Positions 46,967-56,881 of a DNA stretch of 64,000 nt are shown here, piece after piece. Origin of the DNA: an uncultured virus (IMG/VR IMGVR_UViG_3300042691_048340) (taxonomy: Duplodnaviria; Heunggongvirae; Uroviricota; Caudoviricetes); IMG/VR virus record IMGVR_UViG_3300042691_048340; one strand, 5' to 3'. The notes below the pieces were generated by a model. That model made no database searches, was not told the DNA's origin, and was given only the letters and a program-made list of their open reading frames with translations. The position numbers and the translations under genes are program-made. Every line of letters begins with the position of its first letter. Within the stretch, counting starts at the first letter, position 1.

Positions 46967-48466
46967 ATGGCCTTTCAAAACTGCGGTCTACGTTCAAAAA
47001 TAATCTCCGTATTAACTGCATTGGAAGCTAATTATGGTATTGACCCTTTGGTAGACTACGTAACAGTCTTTGCAAATACCGGTGCCGACTTTAAGATGGA
47101 AAACGATATGCAGGAACGCACTATGTCGACGCCTAATTTTTCGCCAGTTGGTAAGGCAAGTGGTGTCATGTCTTGCACATCCACAATTCCAGTAGAGTTT
47201 ATCGGAGGTGGTGTTGATGGTAGTGGTAAAGTACAAGCCCCATTTTATGACCACCTCATGCAGGCCTCTGGACTAGTCAGGAAAAATGCCTACTTATTGG
47301 TTTGCACTGGCAGTACTGGAACATGGAGTACTACAGAGAGCGTAAGTCAAGACGCTACAAAAGCAGTTCATGTGGGTACAGCAAACTTGTCTAGCGGACA
47401 TGACTGGAGTGCTACGTCCCAAACGTTCTCTATAAACGTAAGCAACGCGGGTGACGACTTAGTAACGTTGGATAGTGCATGTGCTAGTGTTGCCGATGTA
47501 GTGACCGAAGTCAACTCCCAACTAAGCACCGCCGGCGTAAGTGGAGTAGAAGCGTATGCAAGTGGGAACTATGTTGCTATTCGTACTACTGCGGCGGGTG
47601 CTACTCAGTCTTTTGTTTTAAGTGCAGGAAGTCCTAATGCACTTACTACCTTAGGTTGGACTGCCGGCACTTACACGGGGACGGCGGCATCTAGCGGTAC
47701 TCTTTTAGACTTTAAGAGTGGGGCGGCTGGCGCGGTGACGCTAACGGTTACTACAAGCACGGGAGAGTTTGGGACTGGGACTATAACGGGGGCTGGCGGA
47801 GCTTCCGCTACTGTGACTAGCGCTGTTGATGGCATAGCATATGTTCCGACAAGCAGTTGCGTTGATATGAAGTCTATTTCTATGCACTATATGCGTGACT
47901 CGATGAAACATATCTCAAGCGGCATACGCGCGGACCCATCGTTTACGTTTGAAGTAGGAAAGTTAGCTACGGCATCGTTTGCACTAACTGGAACGTACAC
48001 TGAGCCGTCTAACGCAACTCTTCCTTCAGCTACTGTTCCAGAAGTTCTACCGACTCCTATGATGGGAGCAACGGTTGTTATTGGTGACCTTGCCTCTAAC
48101 TTGCTATCTTGCTCCAAGTTGGAACTTAAGATGGCGAACGCGGTCGCTAAACACATGGACATAACCGACCCTAGTGGCATGTCAAGCATTGGGATAACGG
48201 GACGAAAGCCAACGGGTTCTATTGACCCGCTTGCACCATCCTCTCTGACGGATTTTAACCCCATTGGGCTTGCAAGAGCGGGGACTACTCTACGTATCGA
48301 GGCGTTGTTTGGTACAACGCATGGCAACCGTTTCAAAGTTGTTGTTCCATACGCTCAGCTAGATATGCCGGACTTAGCTGAGCGTGAAGAACTAGTCGCA
48401 TACAACCTAAGTTTTACTTGTACCGGTAAAAAAGGAGACGACGAGTTCTATATTTTGTTTATTTAA
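46967..48466 (+). CDS. Major tail tube protein with internal accessory domain
   Basis: E..YG.DP, ITGRKPTGSID, GTTHGNRF..VP..Q, GDDEF; followed by the chaperone genes. Confidence 0.8.
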   Translation: MAFQNCGLRSKIISVLTALEANYGIDPLVDYVTVFANTGADFKMENDMQERTMSTPNFSPVGKASGVMSCTSTIPVEFIGGGVDGSGKVQAPFYDHLMQASGLVRKNAYLLVCTGSTGTWSTTESVSQDATKAVHVGTANLSSGHDWSATSQTFSINVSNAGDDLVTLDSACASVADVVTEVNSQLSTAGVSGVEAYASGNYVAIRTTAAGATQSFVLSAGSPNALTTLGWTAGTYTGTAASSGTLLDFKSGAAGAVTLTVTTSTGEFGTGTITGAGGASATVTSAVDGIAYVPTSSCVDMKSISMHYMRDSMKHISSGIRADPSFTFEVGKLATASFALTGTYTEPSNATLPSATVPEVLPTPMMGATVVIGDLASNLLSCSKLELKMANAVAKHMDITDPSGMSSIGITGRKPTGSIDPLAPSSLTDFNPIGLARAGTTLRIEALFGTTHGNRFKVVVPYAQLDMPDLAEREELVAYNLSFTCTGKKGDDEFYILFI

Positions 48467-48572
48467 AACTTTTTTAGAAACCTTTTTTTACCTAAAAAGT
48501 TTTAAAATTGTTATACTAAGTCATCACAAACATGTTTTTTTGTTGTGGTGACTTTTTATACTAACAAACAAA

Positions 48573-49094
48573 ATGGAGAACCTTTTTATGCCTTTGACTT
48601 TCAGCAACGTGACTAATTTAAAAAATGTCAAAATCAATCTTAGTCGAGGTGAGGGAAACGGAGTTTTACTAGGCATCAAGTTTTTTGTCATGGATGCCGA
48701 GGAGTGGGGTGAATACATCGGGCCACTGGTAGATACAAGCACCGTCCTCGATGAGGACGGTAAACTTATCGAAGTTCCTAAGGCAAAGTTCATCGATACA
48801 CTGCGATTTAACAAGGAAGCAGTGAAAAAGGTTTGCACGGAAGTTGTCGTGTTGAGTGAGCAAGGTCTAAATATAGACCTTTCCGTACCCGAAAAGGATA
48901 GTGACGGCAATCCCCTGAGGGACGAGAATGATAAGCCCATTACTCGTAGAGTGACTGCTCAGTTAAAAAAAGGTGACCCCATGTCACCGGAAGTGTTGGA
49001 TGCCTTCTTCAGTTTTGTTACGACAGTCCAGCAAGTCATTGAATATTACTCAAAAAATATCATAAACATCCATCAATCTGACAAAAAAAAGTAA
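48573..49094 (+). CDS. Tail assembly chaperone (G)
   Basis: Follows tail tube; ends in slippery A AAA AAG. Confidence 0.7.
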   Translation: MENLFMPLTFSNVTNLKNVKINLSRGEGNGVLLGIKFFVMDAEEWGEYIGPLVDTSTVLDEDGKLIEVPKAKFIDTLRFNKEAVKKVCTEVVVLSEQGLNIDLSVPEKDSDGNPLRDENDKPITRRVTAQLKKGDPMSPEVLDAFFSFVTTVQQVIEYYSKNIINIHQSDKKK

Positions 49095-49534
49095 GTCAAT
49101 ATCGCAACCAGTTTGAGGAAGATAACCTTATTGAAGTTGCCAACTACTGGGCAAGTGGCCAAAGTGGCAATGATAAGGCGCTAGAGGATGTGGAATCCGA
49201 CGTCAACCTCCTTGTTGACGCGGAAACTGCAGCCAAGTTGGCGGAACAACTTAGACGAGCGGCAACTGTCGATGAGTGTCATATTCTCCCCAAAAACTGG
49301 GAAACTTTTCTTTTTTGGCAACGAATATCAAGCCACTGGCTGTATGGAGCCATGGGAGGCATAATTGGCATAGATTGGTCAACAGTTTATGCCAAAATCA
49401 ATATCTATAAACTTAGCCCTGAAAAAGAGTTAAGGGAACGTTATGGTTTTGGACATGTTACTCTTCTTATGTTAGAGGGAATCGAGGCCATGGAGCGTGA
49501 GGCAAGAAGAGTATTAAATGAGAAATATAAGTGA
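49085..49534 (+). CDS. Tail assembly chaperone -1 frameshift extension (T, DUF1799-like)
   Basis: -1 frame open from 49091 into ORF 49190-49534; NWETF...W..G.GG..GIDW. Confidence 0.75.
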   Translation, partial: KKVSQYRNQFEEDNLIEVANYWASGQSGNDKALEDVESDVNLLVDAETAAKLAEQLRRAATVDECHILPKNWETFLFWQRISSHWLYGAMGGIIGIDWSTVYAKINIYKLSPEKELRERYGFGHVTLLMLEGIEAMEREARRVLNEKYK

Positions 49535-49851
49535 GGCATGTTATGATTTTTTTAAAAAGACTTTGGATACGACTAAAGCTCGTCATGGGCATACAAAACA
49601 CTAGTGAACTCTTATACTTACTACTAGCCAAACTTCTTACACCTGACACTCAGTCACTTCTAGTTGAACTTATAAAGGAAGCGGCGCGTTTAGATGTTAG
49701 TAGCGCGGAGAAGAAGAAGTATGTTTTAAGCAAATTTGGTGAACTACGCTCTGAGCTAAGAGAGGATACGCTTAGTATGGCGATAAACTTACTTGTTGAG
49801 TATATGCAGGCGCGTGGCGAATTAAAACATACTACTTTAGACCAAAACTAG
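49531..49851 (+). CDS. Hypothetical phage protein
   Basis: ORF coupled between chaperone and portal. Confidence 0.6.
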   Translation: MRHVMIFLKRLWIRLKLVMGIQNTSELLYLLLAKLLTPDTQSLLVELIKEAARLDVSSAEKKKYVLSKFGELRSELREDTLSMAINLLVEYMQARGELKHTTLDQN

Positions 49852-49852
49852 T

Positions 49853-51592
49853 ATGATTCACTCACGTAAACTATACTCCCCTTACGATGCGGTACTAAGT
49901 GCCTATGAGTTTAGTGCGCCTTTCCCAACTCAAGAACTTAGTCAAGCCCTTACTGCTACTAAAGCACCCGTAGAGTTGGATAAGCGAGTGACGAGTATAG
50001 AGTCCGACCCTGACTTTACTCATACGCTTCCTTATGTGCTAAACCCTGACCCGGTACTGACCGCCTTGGGTTATTCCCAAACTATTCCAGTGTACGAGAG
50101 ACTAGCGGAGGATGCCCATATCGCCGGCATTATTCAGAGGATGTACGCTGGTTTAGTGCGGTTTGAAACTCATGTTCAACCGGGCGGTTTGCGTAAAGTA
50201 GACAAGTTAGCGGCAGCACTATGCGAAAAAATCTTAGATACGCCCCCGTCCCCTAGCTTTAGTTGGAATGACTTGTACTTTAAAATATACGAATGCGTAC
50301 TTTATGGCTTTGATTTAAAAGAAATAGTATGGGACTATAAGGGCAAATATCTTTTACCAGTTGAAATCGTTGATGTTCCTAGGCGACGTGTACTCTTTAC
50401 TCCTTATGGACTTCCACTTGTTAGAACACGTAGAAATTTCTTGGGCGAGTCGCTACACCCAGCTAACTACCTCCTAACTCGTCATCGAGCCAGCGTGGAT
50501 AACCCATACGGCGTCGCTGCTTTGTCGGCATGTTACTGGCTTGTGAACTTCAAGCGTATGGTTGTCGAGTACTATGTTAAGTTCATCGAACGACATGGAA
50601 GCCCGTGGGCAATAGCAAAGTATCCTGATGGGACTAGAGAGGAGAAGATTGATATTATTTTAACTCAACTTAGCCGCATGATGGACTCTTCTTGCGCCGC
50701 AGTACCCGATAGTATTCCCATCGAGCTTTTGCAGGCAAACATAGGGGAAAATACAGTACATGCTGGCTTTATCGACATGGTAAATGCAGAACTATCTAAG
50801 GCTATCTTGTCATCAACATTGGGTGTTGAGGTAACCGACCAAGGCTCACGTGCTGCCGCCTCAACGCACTTGGAGTCAGAGATGATGGTCACCGAGGCCC
50901 ATCGTAAGATGGTTTCATCCACGATGAACCATTTGTTTCAGCTGGTTACGCGCTTTAACTTCGGTGAGAAGGTAAAAGTACCTAGCTTCGAGTTTTACGA
51001 GGAAAGTGAAGCTAAAAAGGTAAGTGCCGAAAGTTTTGACATTATCCGTAAATACCTACCACTCCCTTTACGCTTTGTAAGTGATAGGTTACAGGTAGAA
51101 CTTGCTAATAAAGGTGAAGCGATACTGCCGGGCTACGAGGGTAAGTGGGACGATGAAGAAGCATCTTCAGATGAGCTTACTACCGACTTACCTACGGAGG
51201 AGAGACAAGTTGAGGAGGAGACTGCTCTACCAGAGGAACTTGAACATCGGACGGTAGCGTTTTCAGCGCAGCACGTTGGAGAGTGTCAGTGTGAAGACTG
51301 CAGCTATGAGTATAGCGCAACGCTAGAAGACTGGCCAAAAACTCTATCCTTTAGTGAGCCGCTGGATGTCATAAAGTTTAGGGCAGCAAAAGCTTATAGT
51401 CTCTTTTTAAAACATGACTTGGAGCAACTTTCTCGCATAGTTGAGACTGCTACTTCTACTGCTGACTTACAAGTGGCATTGGTCGACTTTTATAAGTCTC
51501 CTCGTAAAGTTGCGCAGTTAACTGTCTCAGAAGCCATGCAGCTGGCTTGGTTGCTTGGATATGAAAAGGAGGAGATAAATAGTGGAAAATAA
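49853..51592 (+). CDS. Portal protein (Mu gp29/DUF935)
   Basis: DAHI, NPYG..LS.CYW, FIERHGSP, ELSKAIL, GSRAA..H. Confidence 0.9.
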   Translation: MIHSRKLYSPYDAVLSAYEFSAPFPTQELSQALTATKAPVELDKRVTSIESDPDFTHTLPYVLNPDPVLTALGYSQTIPVYERLAEDAHIAGIIQRMYAGLVRFETHVQPGGLRKVDKLAAALCEKILDTPPSPSFSWNDLYFKIYECVLYGFDLKEIVWDYKGKYLLPVEIVDVPRRRVLFTPYGLPLVRTRRNFLGESLHPANYLLTRHRASVDNPYGVAALSACYWLVNFKRMVVEYYVKFIERHGSPWAIAKYPDGTREEKIDIILTQLSRMMDSSCAAVPDSIPIELLQANIGENTVHAGFIDMVNAELSKAILSSTLGVEVTDQGSRAAASTHLESEMMVTEAHRKMVSSTMNHLFQLVTRFNFGEKVKVPSFEFYEESEAKKVSAESFDIIRKYLPLPLRFVSDRLQVELANKGEAILPGYEGKWDDEEASSDELTTDLPTEERQVEEETALPEELEHRTVAFSAQHVGECQCEDCSYEYSATLEDWPKTLSFSEPLDVIKFRAAKAYSLFLKHDLEQLSRIVETATSTADLQVALVDFYKSPRKVAQLTVSEAMQLAWLLGYEKEEINSGK

Positions 51593-52424
51593 TAGTGTTT
51601 TTTCTGATCTTGACTGGCAAACAATACAGTTTAAAGATGCCATCGAGTTTATGGCTAAGAAGTTAGACATAGCTGTAGAACTGCGTGCTCAAGTTGCAGC
51701 CGCTTTGCAGGAAACGGCATTTTACGTGACAGGCATGGTACGCGCCGATGCAATAGCTCAAGTACATGACAGTTTGAACACTATCATCACCGCCGGTGGC
51801 AGCTTTGCAGACTTTAAACGTGACTTTAAAGCCATAGCAGAAAAAACTGGTTTTCAGCCTCGTGAGGGAGTATCTGCACGAGCAGCCGTTGTGTTTGAGA
51901 CAAACATGCATAGCGCGTTGAACGCTGGCATAATGCAAGGTATGCGGCAAACCGTTAGTACCCGTCCTTACGCTAGCTTACTCACCGCTGGAGGGGCTAG
52001 AACGTGTGGGAACTGTTCTATGATGAGTGGTGTAACAATGACCATCCAACAGTGGGACGGACGAGGCGGCCCCCCTTTTCACCATCGTTGTCGTTGCGAG
52101 CTTAGGAGTTTTTCAGTGCCCCAACTAGAAAAGTACGGACTAAAGCCGTTTGACCCTGACAAGGATACCATGCCCTTGAAAGACAAAAAAGGGCAAGTAG
52201 TGAGGCAGGTAAGTATGAAAGACACTTACTCCTACAAAGACCCACGCACGGGTAAAGTGGAAAATATTCCTGTGGGAATATCTCCCGGCTTTAACTATGC
52301 GAAAGGACTAGGGGGGACGCAAGTAGTCAACGATACTTTACAAGCTAAAATAAGCAGCTTGCCAGCGTATATACAACCCACTGTTAAAGCCGACTTTGCT
52401 AACCCACCGGATAGTTCTAGCTAG
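51582..52424 (+). CDS. Minor head protein (Mu gpF)
   Basis: AFYVTG, VFETN, PPFHHRCRC, PGFNY. Confidence 0.85.
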   Translation: MENNSVFSDLDWQTIQFKDAIEFMAKKLDIAVELRAQVAAALQETAFYVTGMVRADAIAQVHDSLNTIITAGGSFADFKRDFKAIAEKTGFQPREGVSARAAVVFETNMHSALNAGIMQGMRQTVSTRPYASLLTAGGARTCGNCSMMSGVTMTIQQWDGRGGPPFHHRCRCELRSFSVPQLEKYGLKPFDPDKDTMPLKDKKGQVVRQVSMKDTYSYKDPRTGKVENIPVGISPGFNYAKGLGGTQVVNDTLQAKISSLPAYIQPTVKADFANPPDSSS

Positions 52425-53542
52425 ACGCTATCAGCGTAAGTAAATATTTTCCCTTCGTAGTTTTCAAGGATGACCTGATTATCTTCTCTCCCGATGTAAT
52501 ATTCTGGCAAGAGAGGAATTTTCCCTCCACCATTGGGGGCGTCAATGACGTAGTGAGGTATCGCATATCCCGAGGTGAATCCTCGCAGCCCTTTAATGAT
52601 TTCCAGTCCCTTGGTGACAGGGGTGCGAAAATGGGTGGAGCCTAAAATGGGGTCACATTGATAGAGGTAGTAAGGACGTACCCGAATTTTTAGTAAAGCA
52701 TGGACTAAGTTTTTCATGGTGGTCACCTCATCATTGATCCCTTTCAGCAACACCGTTTGGCTACCCAAGGGAACTCCCGCGTTGGCCAATTGGGTGCAGG
52801 CCTGTGCAACTTCGGGAGTAATCTCGTCAGGATGGGTGAAGTGTAAACTCATCCAAAGCGGATGATATGACTTGAGAACGTCTAATAAAGTTTGGGTGAT
52901 ACGTTGAGGTAGGACCGCGGGAACTTTGGTACCGATTCTAATGATTTCCACATGCGGAATTTGGCGTAAATTAGATAACAAAAATTCAATTCTGGCATCA
53001 GACATGGTCAAAGCGTCCCCTCCTGAGATAAGCACGTCTCGGATTTGGGGATGGGCTTTGATGTATTCAAATCCTTGTTGCCAGCCGCTGGTGTGAGTAT
53101 GACATTGGTCTTTGGCAACCGCGTGAGAACGGGTACAATAACGACAATAGGTAGAACAGAATCCGGTCACTAGAAAGAGGACGCGGTCGGGGTAGCGATG
53201 TACGATATTCGGCACTGGGCTGTCGTGTTTTTCTGAGAGTGGGTCGGCAGATTCTCCGGGAGAGACCATCAGTTCATCCGCCGTAGGTACCACGCAACGG
53301 CGAATGGCTTGGCTAGCATTATCTTTGGCCATCAGGCTGGCGTAGTAGGGGGTAATGCGTATAGGCAAACGGCTGATGGGTTGAATTTCTTTGTCGGATA
53401 GATGGATAATCTTTTGCAGTTGTTCAAGTGAGGTAATGCTGTGTTTAATTTGCCAATGCCAATCATTCCATTGTTGTTCAGTGGCAGAGGGATAATGTTG
53501 ATGTAAGAAGTCTAGTGGGAGTGGACTTGGGGATATAGTCAT
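52421..53542 (-). CDS. KamA-family radical SAM enzyme (lysine 2,3-aminomutase-like)
   Basis: HRYPDRVL, CSTYCRYC, SGGD, QTVLLKGIND, RPYYLYQCD, GGGKIP. Confidence 0.92.
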   Translation of the reverse strand: MTISPSPLPLDFLHQHYPSATEQQWNDWHWQIKHSITSLEQLQKIIHLSDKEIQPISRLPIRITPYYASLMAKDNASQAIRRCVVPTADELMVSPGESADPLSEKHDSPVPNIVHRYPDRVLFLVTGFCSTYCRYCTRSHAVAKDQCHTHTSGWQQGFEYIKAHPQIRDVLISGGDALTMSDARIEFLLSNLRQIPHVEIIRIGTKVPAVLPQRITQTLLDVLKSYHPLWMSLHFTHPDEITPEVAQACTQLANAGVPLGSQTVLLKGINDEVTTMKNLVHALLKIRVRPYYLYQCDPILGSTHFRTPVTKGLEIIKGLRGFTSGYAIPHYVIDAPNGGGKIPLLPEYYIGREDNQVILENYEGKIFTYADSV

Positions 53543-54840
53543 GAGCGAGTTTCCTTAAACAGTTTTTTCATGCTAAAAACTGTTTGTCGCGAGACTCCCA
53601 TAGCTTTTGCGATAGCGTTCTCCTTCTGAGTTCCCTCGTAAAGTTTGGAAAGTTGCTCATAGTAAGCAAGTAGAAGTTCCTTTTTACTTGGAATATGATC
53701 AAAGTTTAAAGACAGTTGTTTTTTCACTTTTGCATGGCACGAAAGTTCCCGTTCTTGAGAACCTTCAACAGTAAGTTGAAGGTTCTGTTGAAGGCACTGT
53801 TGTAGTATGGGGAGAGATAATGCAGGTTGTTCGGAAAATATGGGAACTAGCTTGCATAGTTGGCGTAGTTCACGTATATTCCCTCTCCATTTTAAACTTT
53901 TCATGTAGTCTAAAGCGTCCTCCGTAAAAAAGTAGTCGTGTCCCAGGAAGTGCTGTGTTAAGAGCGGTAAGTCGTCGATACGTTCCCGGAGTGTTGGCAC
54001 GAGGAGGGTTGCGCCATTCAACCGATAGTAAAGATCTGCTCTAACAAGTTTGTCTAACGGTTTGTTTGTTGCACATAACACGCGAGCGTCACTAGCCAGA
54101 AGTTTTACCCCCCCCACCTTCATAAAGGTACCGGTTTCAAGCACTCTTAACAAGAGTGCTTGGCAATGAGTCGACATGTCGCCGACTTCATCAAGAAAGA
54201 GCGTTCCCCCGGCGGCCAGCTCAAAGAGCCCCTGCTTCTCAGTAAGAGCTGTAGTAAATGCCCCCTTCTCGTGACCGAAAAGTTCCGATGCGAGTAGCTC
54301 ATCAGAAAGCCCACCCACATTTAGTGCCACAAACTCCCCTTTTCTGTTCGAGAGTTTATGGAGTTCCCTCGCAACTAACTCCTTACCAACGCCAGTTTCC
54401 CCGTATATGTATATGGGAAGAGCGTGAGGGGCAAGTTTTTCTATACTTTGTTTGAGCCTAACTAGACTTGTGGAAGTTCCTACTAGGGAACTTTTATAAG
54501 AACCTACCGGTAAAAGGGGTTCTTCATAAATAGAAAGGTAACGGTATATGTCTGCTGGGGAGAAGGGCTTTGTGATAACTGTTATGTTACTGCCCCCATA
54601 ATTGTGGGCAGTGTCTTTTTGACACAGTAGTGCCCAGCCTTGCCGTATAACGCCGGCGAAAGGCTCGTCAACAAGAACATGTGAGTAGGTAGTATATGAG
54701 AGTTCTGGCTTGAGGCTAGAAGCCTTTTTTAGTTTCATGCCTCGTGCTAGCAGTAGAGTCTCTAACTCCGCTGTAAGAGCCGGGTCGGAACATAATAGTA
54801 GCAGCTTTGGTATTTTTTTTGGCATAATTTTTTTTGGCAT
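53539..54840 (-). CDS. Sigma54-dependent enhancer-binding protein (NtrC-like)
   Basis: GETGVGKE, ELFGHEKGAFTTA, TLFLDEV, DLYYRL, WRGNIREL, C-terminal HTH. Confidence 0.9.
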   Translation of the reverse strand: MPKKIMPKKIPKLLLLCSDPALTAELETLLLARGMKLKKASSLKPELSYTTYSHVLVDEPFAGVIRQGWALLCQKDTAHNYGGSNITVITKPFSPADIYRYLSIYEEPLLPVGSYKSSLVGTSTSLVRLKQSIEKLAPHALPIYIYGETGVGKELVARELHKLSNRKGEFVALNVGGLSDELLASELFGHEKGAFTTALTEKQGLFELAAGGTLFLDEVGDMSTHCQALLLRVLETGTFMKVGGVKLLASDARVLCATNKPLDKLVRADLYYRLNGATLLVPTLRERIDDLPLLTQHFLGHDYFFTEDALDYMKSLKWRGNIRELRQLCKLVPIFSEQPALSLPILQQCLQQNLQLTVEGSQERELSCHAKVKKQLSLNFDHIPSKKELLLAYYEQLSKLYEGTQKENAIAKAMGVSRQTVFSMKKLFKETRS

Positions 54841-54851
54841 ATAGGTATCCG

Positions 54852-54882
54852 GCTAGAAGCGCGTACTACTCCGCGCTTCTAG
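54852..54882. terminator. Hairpin, copy 2
   Basis: CTAGAAGCGCG-N8-CGCGCTTCTAG, 11-bp stem. Confidence 0.6.
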
Positions 54883-54892
54883 TTGTTTGTTG

Positions 54893-55294
54893 TTATGTAG
54901 GCTGCTTTGTTAAGAGTTCCCTTAACATGTCAAGTTCTTCTTTTTGAAGCGGGCCCCGCCTTAGTAGGCGAGGAGTAAAGTCGATAAGTGGTCCGGTCTC
55001 GCTTGGGGAGAGGAGTAACTCAAAGAAGCTGTCATCAACCTCAAGATAATAAGGGTGGTTGGTGAGTAAAAAAACATACGCCCATGAGCCGCGTGGCGAC
55101 AGGGTGAGTTTCGCAGCGCCGTCTGCAAACAGGCTTCTTTTTTTCCTCTGGATAGCAAAAAAAAGTTTTTTTAGTTGTCTAAACTCGTTGGTTCTCTTAG
55201 CCGCGCGGGCTAAGATTGTTTCTAGAAGTTGGTAACTTTCCGCATCATAGTTCCCCAGTTTTGTGATAATGTTAGTGAGTGTTCTTGGAGTCAT
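54893..55294 (-). CDS. Hypothetical protein
   Basis: Start reassigned to MTPRTL so it abuts the upstream ORF. Confidence 0.55.
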   Translation of the reverse strand: MTPRTLTNIITKLGNYDAESYQLLETILARAAKRTNEFRQLKKLFFAIQRKKRSLFADGAAKLTLSPRGSWAYVFLLTNHPYYLEVDDSFFELLLSPSETGPLIDFTPRLLRRGPLQKEELDMLRELLTKQPT

Positions 55295-55298
55295 AGGT

Positions 55299-55508
55299 TT
55301 AGTCCTGTTTTGGTGTGATGTGAGTTGGTGTGATGTGAGTAGCAATAAAACTCTCCAAGAGTAGACGCAGAACTCTCGGTTTGCTCGGTGAGATAAGTTC
55401 GCCATGCGCCTCGTGACTGAGATGCTGCGTGACTGTAGTCCACGCAGTGTCAGTGGGAGTTCCCGCCGCCCACCAAACTGCTCGGCGCGCGCGCTTAGTA
55501 GACTTCAT
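55299..55508 (-). CDS. Hypothetical protein
   Basis: ATGA overlap with upstream ORF; 15-bp tandem repeat (THITP x2). Confidence 0.5.
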   Translation of the reverse strand: MKSTKRARRAVWWAAGTPTDTAWTTVTQHLSHEAHGELISPSKPRVLRLLLESFIATHITPTHITPKQD

Positions 55509-55753
55509 AATAAAGGTTCCTTTAGATAAGCCTCTACAGTCCAGGCAGCTATGTTTTCAGCTGCGAGTTCTGGATAGCCAGTACATGGCTGGGTGTGTAC
55601 AGGCACATTTAGCCAAGAAGTGGTCGCTAGCGTTTCATAGCGTTGCTTAGAAAGTTGCTCAGCACACTTTCGACAAAGTTCCGGCATGTCGTTTGCCGGC
55701 CAGTGACAAAAAGCAAGCATGTTCCCGCAAGTCCAACAGTATCCCCTTATCAC
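55505..55753 (-). CDS. Small CxxC...CxxC zinc-binding protein
   Basis: CWTC...CRKC; GAGGAGG RBS. Confidence 0.6.
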   Translation of the reverse strand: MIRGYCWTCGNMLAFCHWPANDMPELCRKCAEQLSKQRYETLATTSWLNVPVHTQPCTGYPELAAENIAAWTVEAYLKEPLL

Positions 55754-55823
55754 AGTATGTCCCTCCTCTTAAGTTTTGAAGGTGCTCTGTATTGTGTGTG
55801 TCTAGTACATACATCTGCTATAT

Positions 55824-55852
55824 AGTATAGCGGAGCTAGCACTGCTATGCAA
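55824..55852 (-). promoter_or_regulatory. Sigma70-like promoter with palindromic operator
   Basis: TTGCAT-N17-TATACT on minus strand; TAGCACTGCTA at 55837-55847. Confidence 0.6.
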
Positions 55853-55924
55853 CTAGAAAAAATAACTCTCTTAGTATGCTATAGCATATAAAATATAGTG
55901 TGATAACAACAGAGAGAGCTTCTT

Positions 55925-56881
55925 ATGACTTTAACTTTTATAACCAACCACAAACTTATCAAAGAAACTGTTAACCTTACTGGAGGTGGTGTTGATGGTA
56001 GTGGTAAAGTACAAGCCCCATTTTATGACCACCTCATGCAGGCCTCTGGACTAGTCAGGAAAAATGCCTACTTATTGGTTTGCACTGGCAGTACTGGAAC
56101 ATGGAGTACTACAGAGAGCGTAAGTCAAGACGCTACTAGCGGTACTCTTTTAGACTTTAAGAGTGGAGCGGCTGGCGCGGTGACGCTAACGGTTACTACA
56201 AGCACGGGAGAGTTTGGGACTGGGACTATAACGGGGGCTGGCGGAGCTTCCGCTACTGTGACTAGCGCCGTTGATGGCATAGCATATGTTCCGACAAGCT
56301 GCCGCTTCAACCCGGAACGTATCTCAAATGGCATATGCGCTGACCCAACCTTTATGTTTGACATAAGGGCTTTAAGTTTAGTTACTGCTGGCCTACTAGA
56401 TGCTAAAAAGACCTTTGCTACGGCATCGTTTGCACTAACGTACGCTGACTACTCAACAACTAAGGTGCTCCCTAACATCCCACCGGTGAGGGGAGCAACA
56501 GTTGTTGTAGGTGACCTCTCCCCCCCTTTGATCTTTTGCGATAACTTGGAACTCAAGATGGCGAACGCCATATCAAAGTATACGGATATACTAACAAGTT
56601 CTAAACACCTTATAACAGGACGAAAGCCAGCAGGCTCTATCGACCTTGTTGCACCGTCTCTGACGGACTTTAACCCCCCTGCGCTTGCAAGGGCGGGGAC
56701 TACTTTACGTATCGAGGCGTTATTTGGTACAACGCATGGCAACCGTTTCAAAGTTGTTGTTCCATACGCTCAGCTAGACATGCCGGACTTTAGTGATCGC
56801 GAAGGGCTTATCGCATATAACTTAAGTTTTACCTGCACTGGCAAAAAAGGAAACGACGAACTCTATTTTTTATTTCTTTAA
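55925..56881 (+). CDS. Second, shortened tail-tube paralogue
   Basis: Near-identical DNA blocks to 46967-48466; intact frame. Confidence 0.8.
   Translation: MTLTFITNHKLIKETVNLTGGGVDGSGKVQAPFYDHLMQASGLVRKNAYLLVCTGSTGTWSTTESVSQDATSGTLLDFKSGAAGAVTLTVTTSTGEFGTGTITGAGGASATVTSAVDGIAYVPTSCRFNPERISNGICADPTFMFDIRALSLVTAGLLDAKKTFATASFALTYADYSTTKVLPNIPPVRGATVVVGDLSPPLIFCDNLELKMANAISKYTDILTSSKHLITGRKPAGSIDLVAPSLTDFNPPALARAGTTLRIEALFGTTHGNRFKVVVPYAQLDMPDFSDREGLIAYNLSFTCTGKKGNDELYFLFL

Noticed and set aside
42008..52424. Transposable Mu-like prophage
   Set aside because: Only head and neck genes are Mu-like; no MuA/MuB, and the terminase and capsid are of other types
46967..56881. Diversity-generating retroelement (TR/VR pair) behind the tail-tube duplication
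   Set aside because: No reverse transcriptase in the window and the differences are not adenine-specific
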